Assembly (NCBI GenBank): GCA_030390025.1
Contig: CM059430.1
Span: 73,408,001-73,472,000 of the forward strand
Length of the DNA: 64,000 bases
Direction of reading: 5' to 3'
Source: Squalus acanthias
Lineage: Eukaryota
Of this stretch, positions 10,345 through 23,464 are shown piece by piece. The notes under the pieces were generated by a model. The model was not told the DNA's origin. It saw nothing but the letters and a program-made list of their open reading frames with translations, and searched no databases. The position numbers and the translations under genes were made by a program. The first letter of the stretch is position 1, and each line of letters starts with the position of its first letter.

Positions 10345-13300
10345 TGATAGAATCATACAATCATAGAAATTTACAGCACGGAAGGAGGCCATTTCGACAA
10401 ATCGTGTCCGCGCCTGGCAAGCAAAGAGCTATCCAGCCTAATCCCACTTCCCGGGTCTTGGTCCGTAGCCCTGCAGGTTAGAGCATCCCAAGTGCTAATC
10501 CAAGTACTTTTTAAATGTGGTTAGGTTTGCTGCCTCTGCCACCCTTTCAGGCATTGTGTTCCAGACCCCCACAACCCTCTGGGTCAAGAAATTTCCCCTC
10601 AAATCCGTCTAAATCTTCCACCAATTACTTTAAATCTGTGCTCTCTGGTTTTGACCCCTCTGCTAAGGGAAATAGGCCCCTTCTATCCACTTGATCTATG
10701 CCCCTCATAATTTTATACACATCAATAATGACCCCCTCAGCCTCCTCTGTTCCAAGGAAAACAGACCCAGCTTTTCCAGTCTTTCCTCATAGCTGAGATG
10801 CTCTACTCCAGGCAGCATCCTTGTAATAACCTCTGCACCCTCTCTAGTGCAATCTCATCTTTCCTGTAATGTGGTTACCAGAACTGCACGCAGTACTCTA
10901 GCCGAGGCCTAACTAGTGTTTTATGCAGTTGTAGCATAACCCCCTTGCTCTTGTATTCTATGCCACGGCTAATAAAGGCAAGCATTCCCTATGCCTTCTT
11001 AACCACCTTATCTACCTGGCCGGCTACCTTCAGGGATCTGTGGACATGCACTCCAAGATCGCATTGATCCTCTGCACTACTCAGTGTCCTACCATTTAAT
11101 GTATATTCCCTTTCCTTGTTAGCACTCCCCAAATGCATTACCTCACACTTCTCGGGATTCATTTCCATTTGCCAGTATTCTGTCCACCTGACCAATTTAA
11201 TGATATCTTCCTGCACTCTACAGCTTCCTTCTTCAGTATTAAACACACAGCCGATTTTAGTATCATCTGCCAACTTCTTAATCATACCCTCTATATTCAA
11301 TTCTAGATCATTGCTATATACCACAAAAAGCAAGGGACCCAGTACTGAGCCCTGCGGAACCCCACTGGAAACAGCCTTCCTGTCATAAAAACACCCATCA
11401 ACCATTACCCTCTGCTTCCTGTATCCGAGCCAGTTTTGAATGCAACTTGACAATTTGCGCTAGATCCCATGGGCTTTTAACTTCGTGAGCAGTCTGCCAT
11501 GTGGAACCTTATGAAACGCATTTCTAAAATCCATATACACTGCATCAAACGCACTACCCTCATCTATCGTCCTTGTAACCTCCTCAAAAAATGCAATCAA
11601 GTTTGTCAGACACGACCTTCCCTTAACAAATCCGTGCTGAATATCCTTGATTAAACCGTGTCTTTCCAAATGAAGATTTAACCCTTCCTTCAGATTTCTT
11701 TCCAATAATTTTCCCACCACCGATTTTTGGGTGACTTGCCTGTAATTACTCGGTATATTCTTTCTCCCTTTTTAAACAAGGGTACCACATTAGCAATCCT
11801 CCAGTCCTCCGGCACCACAGCTGAAGCCAGAGAGGATTTAAAAATGCTGGCCAGGGCCTCTGCTATTTCCTCCATTGCTTCGCTTAATAGCCTGGGTTAC
11901 TTTTCAGCCAGGCATGGGGATTTATGCACTTTTAAAGCTCCTACATCGCTTAATACTTCCTCTCTCATATGTTTATTTCATCTAATATTTCAGACTCCTC
12001 CCCCCTGCTAGCAATATCTGCTTCGCCCCACTCCTTTGTGAAAACAGACGCAAAGTATTCATTAAGAAGCCTACCGACGTCTTCCGCCACCACACACAGA
12101 TTACCCACATGATCTCCAATAGTCCCTACCGATTCTTTAGTTATCCTCTGACACTTAATATATTTAAAAAACATCTTTGGGTTTTCCTTGATTTTACTTA
12201 CCAAGAATTTTTCATGCTCTCACTTTGATTTCCTAATATCCTTTTTAATTGCGTCACTGCACTTTCTGTACTCCTCTAAAGATTCTGGAGTATTTAGCCC
12301 ACGGTATCTATACCTATCAAACTAATGTAATCGCAGTTAATATTGGGATATTTGAAATCCCCTACTATTACTACCCTAGAGTTTTTGCACTTCTCAGAAA
12401 TGTTTCCAAATATTTGTTCATCTATCTCCCTCTCACTGTTTGGGGGTCTGTAGTATACTTCTAGCAGTGTGATCGCCCCTTTTTTGTTTTTCAATTCGAC
12501 CCATATGGCCTCGTTTGATGATCCCGCCAACATATCATCCCTCCTCACAGCTTTAATAGTTTCTTTAATCAATACCTCGAACCACCTCCCTCTTTAACTT
12601 CCTCTCTATCCCGTCTGAAAATCCTGTAACCAGGAATTTTGAGCTGCCATACCTGCCCCCCTTTCAGCCACGTCTCCGTAATAGCTATAATATCATTGTC
12701 CCAAATATCTACCTGTGCCCTCAGCTCATCTGCCTTGTTCGCTATACTCCTATATTGAAGTATATATCATTTAGTGCAAGCAAATCTCTTTGTTGTGTAC
12801 TTTCTAGCCCTTGATTCCTCTGTCGTTCCAATTTAATTTCTACGTTTTTGTTTTCCAATTCCAGTTTTTCTTCCCTCCATATTGATTCTATAATTAGGTT
12901 CCCAACAACCTGTCAAGCTACTTTAAAACCTCCCCAACAGCAGCAGCAAACCCTCCCAAGAGGATATTGTTCCCGTTCACGTTGAGTTGCAACCAGTCTG
13001 GCTTGCAGAGGTCCCATCACCCCCGGAAACGGTTCGAATTCCCCAGGAATCTAAAGCCCTTCCTCCTACACGATCTCTCCAGACACGCATTCATCTGCTC
13101 TATCTTCCTATTTCTGTACTCACCGGAGATTACTAGCTTGGATGTCCTGCTTTTTAACCTCTTTCCTAGCTCCCTGAACTCTGCCTGCAGCACCTCATCC
13201 TTCTTCCTACCTATGTCGTTGGTACCGATATGGACCACGACCTCTGGCTGTTCACCTTCACCATTTAGAATTCCCTGCAGCCGTTCAGTGACATCCCTGA

Positions 13301-13865
13301 CCCTGGAATCAGGGAGAAAGCATACCATCCTGGAGTCATTTCTGTGGCCACGGAAATGCCTGCCTGGTCACCTAACTATTGAATCCCTTCTCAGTATTGC
13401 TTTCCTTCTGCTCTCCACCTCCCCCTCCCCCCCTCCCCCCCCGTGCAGCTGAAACTTCCATGGCGCTGTGGGCTTGGCTCTGGCTGCACTCCACAGAGGA
13501 ACCATCGCCCTCACCAGCAGTCAGTACCGATTACTGGGTGTTGAGCAAGATGGGGTCAGGGGAATCCTGCACTACCTGCCTGGTCCTCCACTTCTGTCTG
13601 TCGGTCACCCATTCCCTCTCTGCCTGCACACTCTGAAGCTGCGGGGTGACCAAGTCCCGAATCGTGCTATCCACGTAGGTCTGTGCCTCGCGGATGCACA
13701 GCAGTGACTGCAGCCACCGATCAATTTCCGTAACCCGGTGCTGGATCTTCCGTAGTTGGTGACACTTCACGCACATGTGGTCGTCCAGACAACAGGAGGT
13801 GCCCACGACTTCCTACATGGCACAGGATGTGCATTCCACGGTTGTGAGCTGCCCGGCCATACCTC
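10345..13865 (-). mobile_element. Near full-length decayed CR1 LINE (ORF1 Zn-finger/esterase, APE, RT) with an internal deletion near 12310
   Basis: [57 protein letters not shown]; ctatgatt-type tail. Confidence 0.92.
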
Positions 13866-14122
13866 TAATTAACAGACTATTTACTAACCTCGCTGGAATA
13901 AACTTAAAAATTATAAGAAAGCCAAGTCAACAAAAAAATAGTGCCAACTGCGTGTTGTTTTCTCGTAGAAAGCTTTCCAAGAATTCCAACGTGCTGATCA
14001 AAAATGGAAGCCCCGAATAAAAATACCGCACAGAGGCCAAAGAAGATAGGGACCAAATCATAAAATGCTGGATATATTCAGCAGCTCATGGTCTATCTAT
14101 GGTTACAAAAGACAAAATTGAG

Positions 14123-14660
14123 AGGTCGCACAACACCAGGTTATAGTCCAACAGTTTTATTTGAAATCACAAGCTTTCGGAGCTATCGATTTGCTCCTTC
14201 CTCAGGTGAAGTAAATTAGATACAGAATCTCCAAAGCATATATAGATGGAAAACAAAGCATGTGTACTTTACAATTGCAGACCAATAAATTAAATCATCC
14301 TGACTATCTGCCGAGGTGTGATAAAGTTAATTAAGTCAGCCAGGAAGGTACCACATCAAAGACATAGCAAGATACAACTGAGACAATGAGGTGTAGTCGC
14401 AGGGGTTCTAACGTGTCAAAAGCTGCCGTCTGTATGTAAAACGAAAAGCTTTAACATTTTTACTTTTACTGGGAAATTTTTACTTTTACTGGGAATCACA
14501 TCTGTGAACAAGCTAACGATGACTCGAGTCCGGATCACGTCATGTATCGTGACATAAACCCAAGATCCCGATTGAGACCGTCTTTATGAGTGCGGAACTT
14601 GGCTATCAGTTTCTGCTCGATGATTTTGCGTTGTCGTGTGTTTCTAAGGTCAAAAGACAA
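14123..14660 (-). mobile_element. Penelope-like element 3' fragment (end of GIY-YIG ORF plus terminal region)
   Basis: QRKIIEQKLIAKFRTHKDGLNRDLGFMSRY at 14535-14635, then a terminal motif CTGAGGAAGGAGC..GCTCCGAAAGCTT..AATAAA. Confidence 0.8.
14171..14205 (-). ncRNA. Minimal hammerhead ribozyme-like motif
   Basis: CUGAGGA-A-GGAGC(9-nt loop)GCUCC-GAAA-GCUU: core boxes, perfect 5-bp stem II, palindromic AAGCUU. Confidence 0.6.
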
Positions 14661-16145
14661 GCCAACGATTCTGATGTGAACACTTCGTCCACTAATGACA
14701 ACTATTCCACACTTGTACAATTGACCAGCCTGTTCTCTCCAAAGGTACTGCTTAATTTTCTAGGCGTTACTACATTTTCTGCTTTTGCTGTAGATTTCCA
14801 GAATCTCTAATATTGTTTCACTCGATTGGGATGGGATTGAAGACGGATTTCGAAAATCGGGTGAGGGTTAGATGGGTAAGTGCGGTTTAGGCAAAAGCAC
14901 TAAAATATAGAGCCACGAAAGCTTAATTCTGACCTAAAGACAATCAAGGGAGAGCTTACAGAGGAAGCTTGAATTGGATCTGCATAGAGCATGCGCATAC
15001 ACTAACATGCAGGGATGGTGCTTTCTGAAACGGTGAACGATCTAGACCATGAAGCAATCTATAACGTCTGGTTATAAAATTGAAGATTCTGCAGGACGAG
15101 AGCTCAAGCATGGGGTGACTTAATGTGGAATACGATGCAAATAGCTAACCCTTTGGCGATTTTATGTTTAAGTAAGTCGGAGCTCGCGGCATTCAAGAAG
15201 TCGAAAGTGGAAGTGACGTAAACGTTAATGAGCGTTTTCGTGGTGATTAGCATGCAGTTTTATAACGCCGTGGCTATTGAAAATGTAGTCCCTGTAATTG
15301 TTTTAAGGAAGAGTCTGAAGTGCACCTCATGCATCACCGAGAATGTTCACTCTTGAATTCAGTTCAAATGAACAGCCAGGTAAGAGTCTGGAATTAGAGC
15401 TAAGGCGTGGACCTTTGTTTTGGAGACCTTACCGCAGAGCGCAAAATACTCACAGTCCCCGCATTGTGCTCTCGCAAATACACGTCACAGTGACTTACAC
15501 TATTCGAGATAACTCATAACATACTTAACGATCTTGAACTTCAAAACCCATTCATCAAATTCAATTAAATATTACTGATTTGACGCAGGATATTTTTCAT
15601 GCTCAACATCTTCAAATAAATAACATTGTCAAAACCCCAATGGAAAGAGTTGCGGTTTTTGACTGAAGATCACTTCTGGGAAATTGTGCTTTTACTCTCG
15701 CTAGGTTGAGTAGGCTGTGTTGTACGACGGGCTTTTTTTCACACATCCTTTTTTGGTTGGCATTCTTTGTTTGAAGCGTCAAACAGTCGCTGATTGCTGA
15801 ATGTTGCATTTTAAGTGTAAATGCTGAACTAAAGGTCGCCTATGTTAGTTAAACAGATAGTAGAATTTCCTGGGAATTTTACGAGCTCCGCAAGAACAGC
15901 AACAGAGGATCGGCGGAATCCCTGGAGATACAGTTGTTTTTAATCTTTAACGAGGTTCTTCTCGTCTTCCGCCGAAGTTACCGGGCACAATCGGGAAAGC
16001 CTGGCGGAAATTCCAAAATTGTGATAATTTTCATGTACACGTATGTAAGACACCTGTCCTTAGATGTATTTATGAGATTACAAAGAATGACATAGAAACC
16101 TGCCGATCGGCCCAACTGGTTTATGCCGGTGTTAATGCTCTACAT

Positions 16146-16260
16146 AAAGGTCATCGACCTGAAACGTTAACTCTGTTTCTCTCTCCACAGAAGCTGCCTG
16201 ATCTGCTGAGCATTTCCAACATGTTCTGTTTATATTTTAAGATTTTTAGCATCCCCAGTA
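16146..16260 (+). mobile_element. Penelope-derived terminal repeat fragment with truncated hammerhead-like motif
   Basis: aggtc-atc-gacct-gaaacgtt followed by aactctgtttctctctccacag; the CUGANGA box is missing. Confidence 0.55.
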
Positions 16261-17431
16261 TAGATTCCTGGGCTTTTTCTATCTGCCTTTTGAAATATAG
16301 GAATAGTTAGCTGTCTTCAAGTCCGCTGACACTATTCCCTGTTCTTAAACGTCTAAGATTATTATTATTCTTTCAACAGAGTTCCTTTTAAATATAAATT
16401 CGATTAAATAATGTTGTGTAATTTCCTTTTCAGCTATTCTGCTCAGGTCCCGACTGCTTTTTGGCCAATTCATCAAACTTAACCGCGGGTGTGAAGCTTC
16501 CCCATATGAGCCCTAAATCTCGGCATGGAACCGTTGGAATGAGCAAGCTTGGCATCCAAACCCAGAAAATGAATTGTTGGCGATATGCAGCCAACGCATA
16601 GATCTTTATGTATAAGAAGAAAATTAGAAAAATAAACATATGCTGTTTGCATTAGAAGAATTGATAAGAATCTTGGAGATGATTGGAAATTGAACAAGCG
16701 ATTGGACAGGCTACATTTGGAATATTACGTGACCTTCTGGGTAGACCATGCTAAGAAGAATATTATAACCAAGTTACGAACAGTGAAGATTATTTTAGCG
16801 AAGGGTTGATCAAATGGAAATGCTGTTCATTCATCTATATATTAATGTAATTGTGTCCAGTAATTTTTCATTTGGAACTGATCAAGAATTCAAGTGATTA
16901 ATATTTTAAGTTTTTCATCAATTTATATGCTTGCAATAACTGAGGCATTGTTATAATTTCCACAAATCTAAATTTGGGATCTGCTTCATGTAAAACAATA
17001 AATGCAGAGGTAAATAGAATAAAAAGTATCACCATGCTACAAAAAAGGTGCTGTGGATATTTTATATACAGATAATTTTTTTTAGAGCAGTTGAATTTCC
17101 CCTGTGAGATGGACAGATCTTGTAACTTGTAGGTGCGAATGTGTATGTCGATGGAACAGCACCTTATTGATTATTCATCTTTTAACTTCACAGAGACATT
17201 TGCGAGGTGTGAAATATAAATGACGGTTAGGTGTCTGTAAAGATGAAGGTGATTATATGGATACATAAAATGAAATGAATATATTCTAGAGTGATGGAAC
17301 ACAACCACCGCACAGGAGTGTTAAATGCGCTTGAGACTTCATGAATATTTGTAATGCTTTTTCGCATAAAGATTTGATTGAGAGATAAATCAGGATGTGT
17401 AAAACAAAAGTCATTACCAGGGGACATGAAA

Positions 17432-18270
17432 GTAACATAAAGAACATAAGAAATATGAGCAGAATTACGCCATTCGGCACATGAAGCCTGCTCCACCATT
17501 CAATAAGATCATGGCTGATGTTCTACCTCAACTCCACCTTCCAGAATTATCCCGATTTCGCTAGGTTAAATTTGCATCCAAAATATTTCTTGACTATATT
17601 CAACGACTGAGCAAGTTCAGCCCTCTGGTGTAGAGAATTTCAAAGATTCACAATACTGTGAGTGAAGAAAGTTCTCCTTATCTCACTCCTAAATGACCGA
17701 TCCCTTATTGTGAGACTGTGACCCTTAGATATAGACTCCCTAGCCAGGGGAATCATCATCCCAGCATCTAACCTGTCAAGCCCCTTAAGAATTTTATAAT
17801 TTCATTGAGATCACATCTCATTCTTCTAAACACTATAGAATATAGGCTTAGTTTCCTCAATCTCTCCTCATATGGCAACACCCACCCCCCAATCCCAGGA
17901 ATCGGTCAAATGACTTCCGTTGCTCTCCCTCTAAGGGAAGTGTAACCATCCTTTGGTTAAGAGACCAAAACAGTCCACAGTGCTACAGATATGGTCTCAC
18001 CAAGGCCCTATTTAATTGCAGAATGACTTATTTACATTTATGCTCCTATCATTTTGTAATAAAGCCTAACATACCATTGCTGTACCTGCATGTTAACTTT
18101 CTGTGATTCATAGGATTACATAGGATATATGGTACAGAAACAAGCCATTCGGCGCAAACAATGCAAGCCGACATTTATGCTCCACTCGAGCCTCCTCCTG
18201 TCTTTCCTGATCGAACTATATCAGCATAACCCTGTCTTCCATTCTACCTCATATGCTTATCTAGCCTACC
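17432..18270 (-). mobile_element. CR1 3' fragments (two)
   Basis: aacataagaacataagaa tail and CR1 3' sequence; a second tail (cataggatt) near 18108. Confidence 0.8.
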
Positions 18271-18274
18271 ATAG

Positions 18275-19305
18275 CCTTTCCAGTGGGGTTCCGCAGGGTT
18301 CAGTACTAAATCCATTGCTTTTTGTGTATATATCAATGATCTGGACTTGAATATAGGGGGTATGATTAAGAAGTTTGCAGATGATACTAAAATCAGCTGT
18401 GTGTTTGATACTGACGAAGGAAGCTGTAGACTTGAGGAAGATATCAATATATTGGTCAGATGGGCAGAACAGTGGAAATGGAATTCAATCTGTAAAAGTG
18501 TGCGGTAATGCATTTGGGGACGGCTAACAAGGAAAGGTAATACGCATTAAATGGTAGGACCCTGAGTTGTGTAGAATTACAAAGGGACCTTGGAGTGCAT
18601 GTCCACAGATCACTGAATGTAGCAGGCCAATAAGATAATGTGGTTAAGAAGGCATACGGAATGCTTGCCTTTATTAACCGTGGCATTGAACACAAGAGCA
18701 GGGGGGTTATGTTTCAAATGTATAAAACACTAGTTAGGCCTCAGCTAGAGTACTGCGTGCAGTTCTGGTCACCGCATTATACGAAAGATGGGATTGCACT
18801 AGAGAGGGTACAGAGGAGATTTAAAAGGATGCTGCCGGGTGTAGAGGATCTTCGCTATGAGGAATGTCTGTATAGGCTGGGTCTTTTTTTCCTTGGAACA
18901 GAGGAAGCTGAGGGAAGACCTTGTTGAAGTGTATAAAATTATGGGGGGCAAAGATAAAGTGGATAGAAAGGGCCCATTTCCCTTAGCAGACGGGTCCAAA
19001 AACAGGGGGCAGAGATTTAAATTAATTTCTGGAAGGTTTAGAGGGGATTTGAGGGGAAATTTCTTCACCCAGAGGTTTGTGGGGGTCTGGTACTCCCTGC
19101 CTGAAAGGTTGGTAGAGGCAGGAACCTTAACCACATTTAAAAAGTACTTGGATGAGCACTTGGGATGCTCTAACCTGCAGCACTGCGGACCAAGCACTGG
19201 GAAGTGGGATTAGGCTGGATAGCACTGTGTTGGCCGGCGGTGACACGATTTGCAGAAATTGCTTCCTTCCGCACTGCAAGTTTCTCTCATTCGATCTATG
19301 ATTCT
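18275..19305 (+). mobile_element. CR1 3' fragment
   Basis: [36 protein letters not shown]. Confidence 0.9.
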
Positions 19306-21990
19306 AAATGCATCTATATTGTTTGCCTCAACTACTCCCTGTGTTGGCGAATTCCACATTCTCACCACCCTCTGGATAAATAAGTTTCTCCTGAATTTCC
19401 TATTTGATTTCTCGGTGACTATCTTATATTAATTGTCTCTAGATATGCTCTTCTGTATCTACTTTATCAAACGCTTTCATAATTTTAAAGACCTCTTGAA
19501 GGTGACCCCACAGTCTTATCTTTTCAAGAGACAAGACACCCAGCCTGTTCCTCCAATCCTGATAGGAATAACCTCGCATTTCAGGTATCATCCTTGCAAA
19601 TCTTCTCTGCACCCTCTCCAGTCCCTCTCATTTTTTTTTATAATATGGCGACCAGCATTGTACACAGAGCTCCAAGTGTCGTCTAACCAAGTTTCAATCC
19701 ACGTTTAGCATAACTTCACTATTTTTCAATTCTATTGCTTTAGAAATAACCTCAAGCGCTTGGTTTACTTTATGTGGCCTTGTTAACCTGTGTCGCTACT
19801 TTTAGTGATTTACGTATTTTTACTCTGAGAACCCTTTGCTCCTTTACCTCACCAAGACTCGAACCCTCCAAGTAATAAGTGACCTCCCTATTCTACATAT
19901 CAAAATGTAATACCTCACATTTATCTGTGTTGAAATTCATTTGCCAATTATATGCCCATTCTGCAAGCTTATTAATTTACTTCTGTAATTTCTTGCAGTC
20001 CTTCGTGTACAAGGACATCCAGGTCCCTCTGAATACCAATATTTCCACAAATGTCAACATTTCCAAATTATTGGGCTTTTTATTTTATATTCGAAGTTGG
20101 AACAATTCACATTTCTCTACGTAATATTTAATTTGCCATGTTCATGCGCACTCTTTTAAACTGTCTATATCCCTTTGCATCTACTTTGTGCCATCTTCAC
20201 AACTTTTTTCCCACCTGGGCTGGTGTCGTCAGCAAATTTGGAAGCATTACGCTCGGCCTCCTCATTTAAGACATTGGCCCAGAAATTAAACAGTGAGGTT
20301 TCCCGCGGGGGTAAGGCTTCCCCGCGTGATCTCACTCCGCGCCTACCTTTTTCCACCGGGCCCACACGAACTTCAGTCTCAAGGCCTCTCCCACATGCAA
20401 CTGTGCCGTGTGTGCGTATCCCAGAGGCGGAATTAGTTCATGCGAGCTCTGGGATCACGTGATTCAGTTAGAGCCAAAGGCAGCGCACCATCTTTCATTC
20501 ATAGTTTTGACAGCAAGGGCTGTCAAAGCTATGAATCCGACACCTCCCCAAAAGAACAGCTAAACCTCAATTAAATTTAAAAAAGCCATCACATTAATAA
20601 AATAAGCATAGTTAAATAAATTGACAACTTTAAACAAAAAATTAAATTTTTGAAAAAATTTCAAATCTTTTTAAAAGTTATAAAAATAAACTTACCTTTC
20701 TTTAAAGTCTCTAAAAAAGATAAACCTGTTGAAAATTTTTAAAATAACTCTTAATTAACTACTTACCTTGTTAAAAGGGGGTCCTACGCCTGCTTTCTTT
20801 ATGTGTAAAATCTTCAATACTTACGTGCGCGTACAAAGCTGAAAAAAATAACTAAGTGCACTGCGTGCGCGCAGCCTGTAGCGCGCACGCGGTTCACTTA
20901 GGAACCACCCCCTTTTGAATTCACGAAGTGCCGGTTTCCCGCGCATGCGCAGTGCATGCAGGAAACCGGCAATTGGAGATCGAATACGCGAGAGTACACA
21001 GTGCGTACTCTCGCGTATTAGGTCTAATTTTCGGGCCATTGATATAGATTGCAAATAGCTGAGCCCAAGGACTGATCCTTGCCATACCCCGCAAGTGACA
21101 GCCTGCCAAACCGAAAATGATCCATTTATTCATACTCTCTCTTTTCTGTCTTTTAACCTAACGTCAATCTATGCTAATATATTACCCCCGATCCCATGAA
21201 CCGTAATTTTGTGTAATAAACTCTTGTGTTGAACCTTATCGAACGTGTTTTTCAAAATGTAAGTAAAACACATCCACTTGTTCAAATACAATCTCCCTTT
21301 CATAAATCCGTGTTGACTCTGCCCAATCTTAATATAATTTTCTAAGTGCGCTGTTATTATGTACCTAATAATAGATTCTAACATTTTCCCTGCTACTATT
21401 GTCAGGCAAACTGGTCTATTGTTTCCTTTTTTCCCACTCCCTCCTTTCTTGAATAGCGGGGTTACTTGTGCTGCCTTCCACTCTGCAGGGAACGTTCTAG
21501 AATCTGTTGAATTCTGGAAGATCAAAACCAATGGATTCACTATCTCTGTAGCCATTTGTTTTAAAACCCTAAGATGCAGACAATCGGGTCCTGGGGATTT
21601 GTCGTCTTTTACTCCCATTTATTATTCCAGTACTATTTATTTACTAATACTAATTGATTCAAGTTCCTCATTCTCACTAGACACTTCGACCCCCTTTTTA
21701 AAATGTTTTTTATGTCTTCTTCCATGAAGACAGATGCAGTGTATTTGTTTAAAATCTCTGCCATTGTTTTATCTCCCATTATAATTACTTCTGTCTCTGC
21801 CTGTAAGGGACCCGCGTTTACTTTCGCTTATATCTTCTTTTTTGCATACCTAGAGAAGTGTTTACCATCTGTTTGTATTTTACTTGCTAATTATTCTCAT
21901 ATTCCCTTTTCTCTCTCTTTATCAGTTTCTTGGTCATCCTTTGCTGAATTCTAAAATCCTCCCAATCCTCAGGCCAACTATTTTTTTTGG
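19306..21990 (-). mobile_element. CR1 fragments interrupted by a MITE
   Basis: KSPGPD..H.RVLK, QHGFMKG and FADDT in broken frames. Confidence 0.85.
20276..21037 (+). mobile_element. MITE family A copy nested in CR1
   Basis: ggcccagaaatt...aattttcgggcc with ATT duplicated; removing it restores the CR1 sequence. Confidence 0.9.
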
Positions 21991-22964
21991 CACCATTAGG
22001 TAATGGAGAAACAGAACAGGATTCGAAATAAACAATATAAAAAGTAATTGCTGGGACAGAGAGCTCAGAATTGGATAACATCTGATCAGGCTACAACTTT
22101 ACTTTTAACGTGTGTAGATTATCCTGTAAACTCGTATGAATTTGCCAGAAGTTCCACTGTTAATTGTTGGTACCGAATGTCCATAATAGTTATGATCAGA
22201 TGCTGAATAAATCTGTGAATATTTACCTATAATGCTGTGAATCTTATTATTTTGAGGAACAACTTATCATTAAGAACATGCATCCTCTAAGAGTTCAGTT
22301 CAATTCTCAGGAACAAAAGGGCATATTGAGGAAGAAATGTTTGAAATCTTACTTTCTTTATCATTGGAGGAACAAAGGATAATGAGAAGTTCTTATTATA
22401 GACAATTTTAAGGGTGTAAACTTCGATCGAGATAGGTTTACTTTTGAGACTGAAACAGAAATAAATGGAGCTGTAATTCCCAGACACTAATATGTTCAGG
22501 AAAGTGAATCTGCTGTAAAAATGGGACGATGACTTTCAGCAATGCAAAGGATACCTGGGGGCTCAGCTGATAATTTCAGCGGAGTATTCGTTCAACTCAT
22601 TGAATGAATGGATATCGGGAAAAGCTAAGGTCCCTCATTTACGATCACCTGTGAACCAGAAACGACAATTTGGTGCAAAGCGATTCAGAGCAATCAGAAC
22701 TTCGTAGGGTTTCACTTGCGCTTCATTGTCATCCCGAAAAAGGCAGGAAGGTGTTTGTCCACTGATGATTGCTAGATTATAAATTACTTCTTTAGAAGAC
22801 ACGGTTAGGATCTTGACTCTATCGAAACTGCGGGTTGACTTGACAAGCATGCAAATGTGAAAATCACAAAGAAATAATGTTTCGTTGAATATAAATATCG
22901 TTATTTATTCAGAAAATGTGTCTCGTGATGGCAGCAGGTGCAATGTGTAAGCACACTGTTATAT

Positions 22965-23215
22965 TAGAAACATAGAAACATAGAATCTAGGAGCAGGAAT
23001 AGGCCATTCGGCCCGTCGAGCCTGCTCCGCCATTCAATACGATCATGGCTGATCATCCAAAATCCAAAACTGTGGGAGGAAACCGGAGCACCCGAAGGAA
23101 ACCCACGCAGACACGGGGAGAATGTGCAAACTCCACACAGACAGTCACCCGAGGTCAGATTCGAACCCGGGTCCCTGGAGCTGTGAGGCACCAGTGCTAA
23201 CCACTATGCCACCGT
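22965..23215 (-). mobile_element. HE1-type V-SINE head joined to a CR1 tail
   Basis: Reverse complement of the SINE at 42248 (A/B boxes, V domain) followed by a ctatgttt repeat tail. Confidence 0.8.
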
Positions 23216-23464
23216 GTTGCATGCGTTATTATGTGCAATCCTACTGGTTCACTGCATTTTCATTTGAGTTTTCGAGGCACGTCGCATCATGTTGTCTGGA
23301 AGTAAAACAGGCTTGGATCTAAAGCGGAAGGTGGAGCGATACGAAATGCTGCATTTCCTGAGCCCCAAATATGCATTGATACCTGCAATCAAAAAGTGGC
23401 CTAAGAACTGAATCTTAGGCTCGAATCGAGCATAGTTCTAAGATCTCAAGTTGAAGCTAAGGGG

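Noticed and set aside
15486-15530. CACAGTG heptamer suggesting a V(D)J recombination signal (others near 4226 and 58774)
   Set aside because: No ACAAAAACC-like nonamer at 12 or 23 bp and no adjacent gene segment. The V exon already includes its J-like motif.
15612-15809. Short minus-strand ORF in unique sequence (also 22635-22850)
   Set aside because: No recognisable domain and no convincing pair of splice sites.
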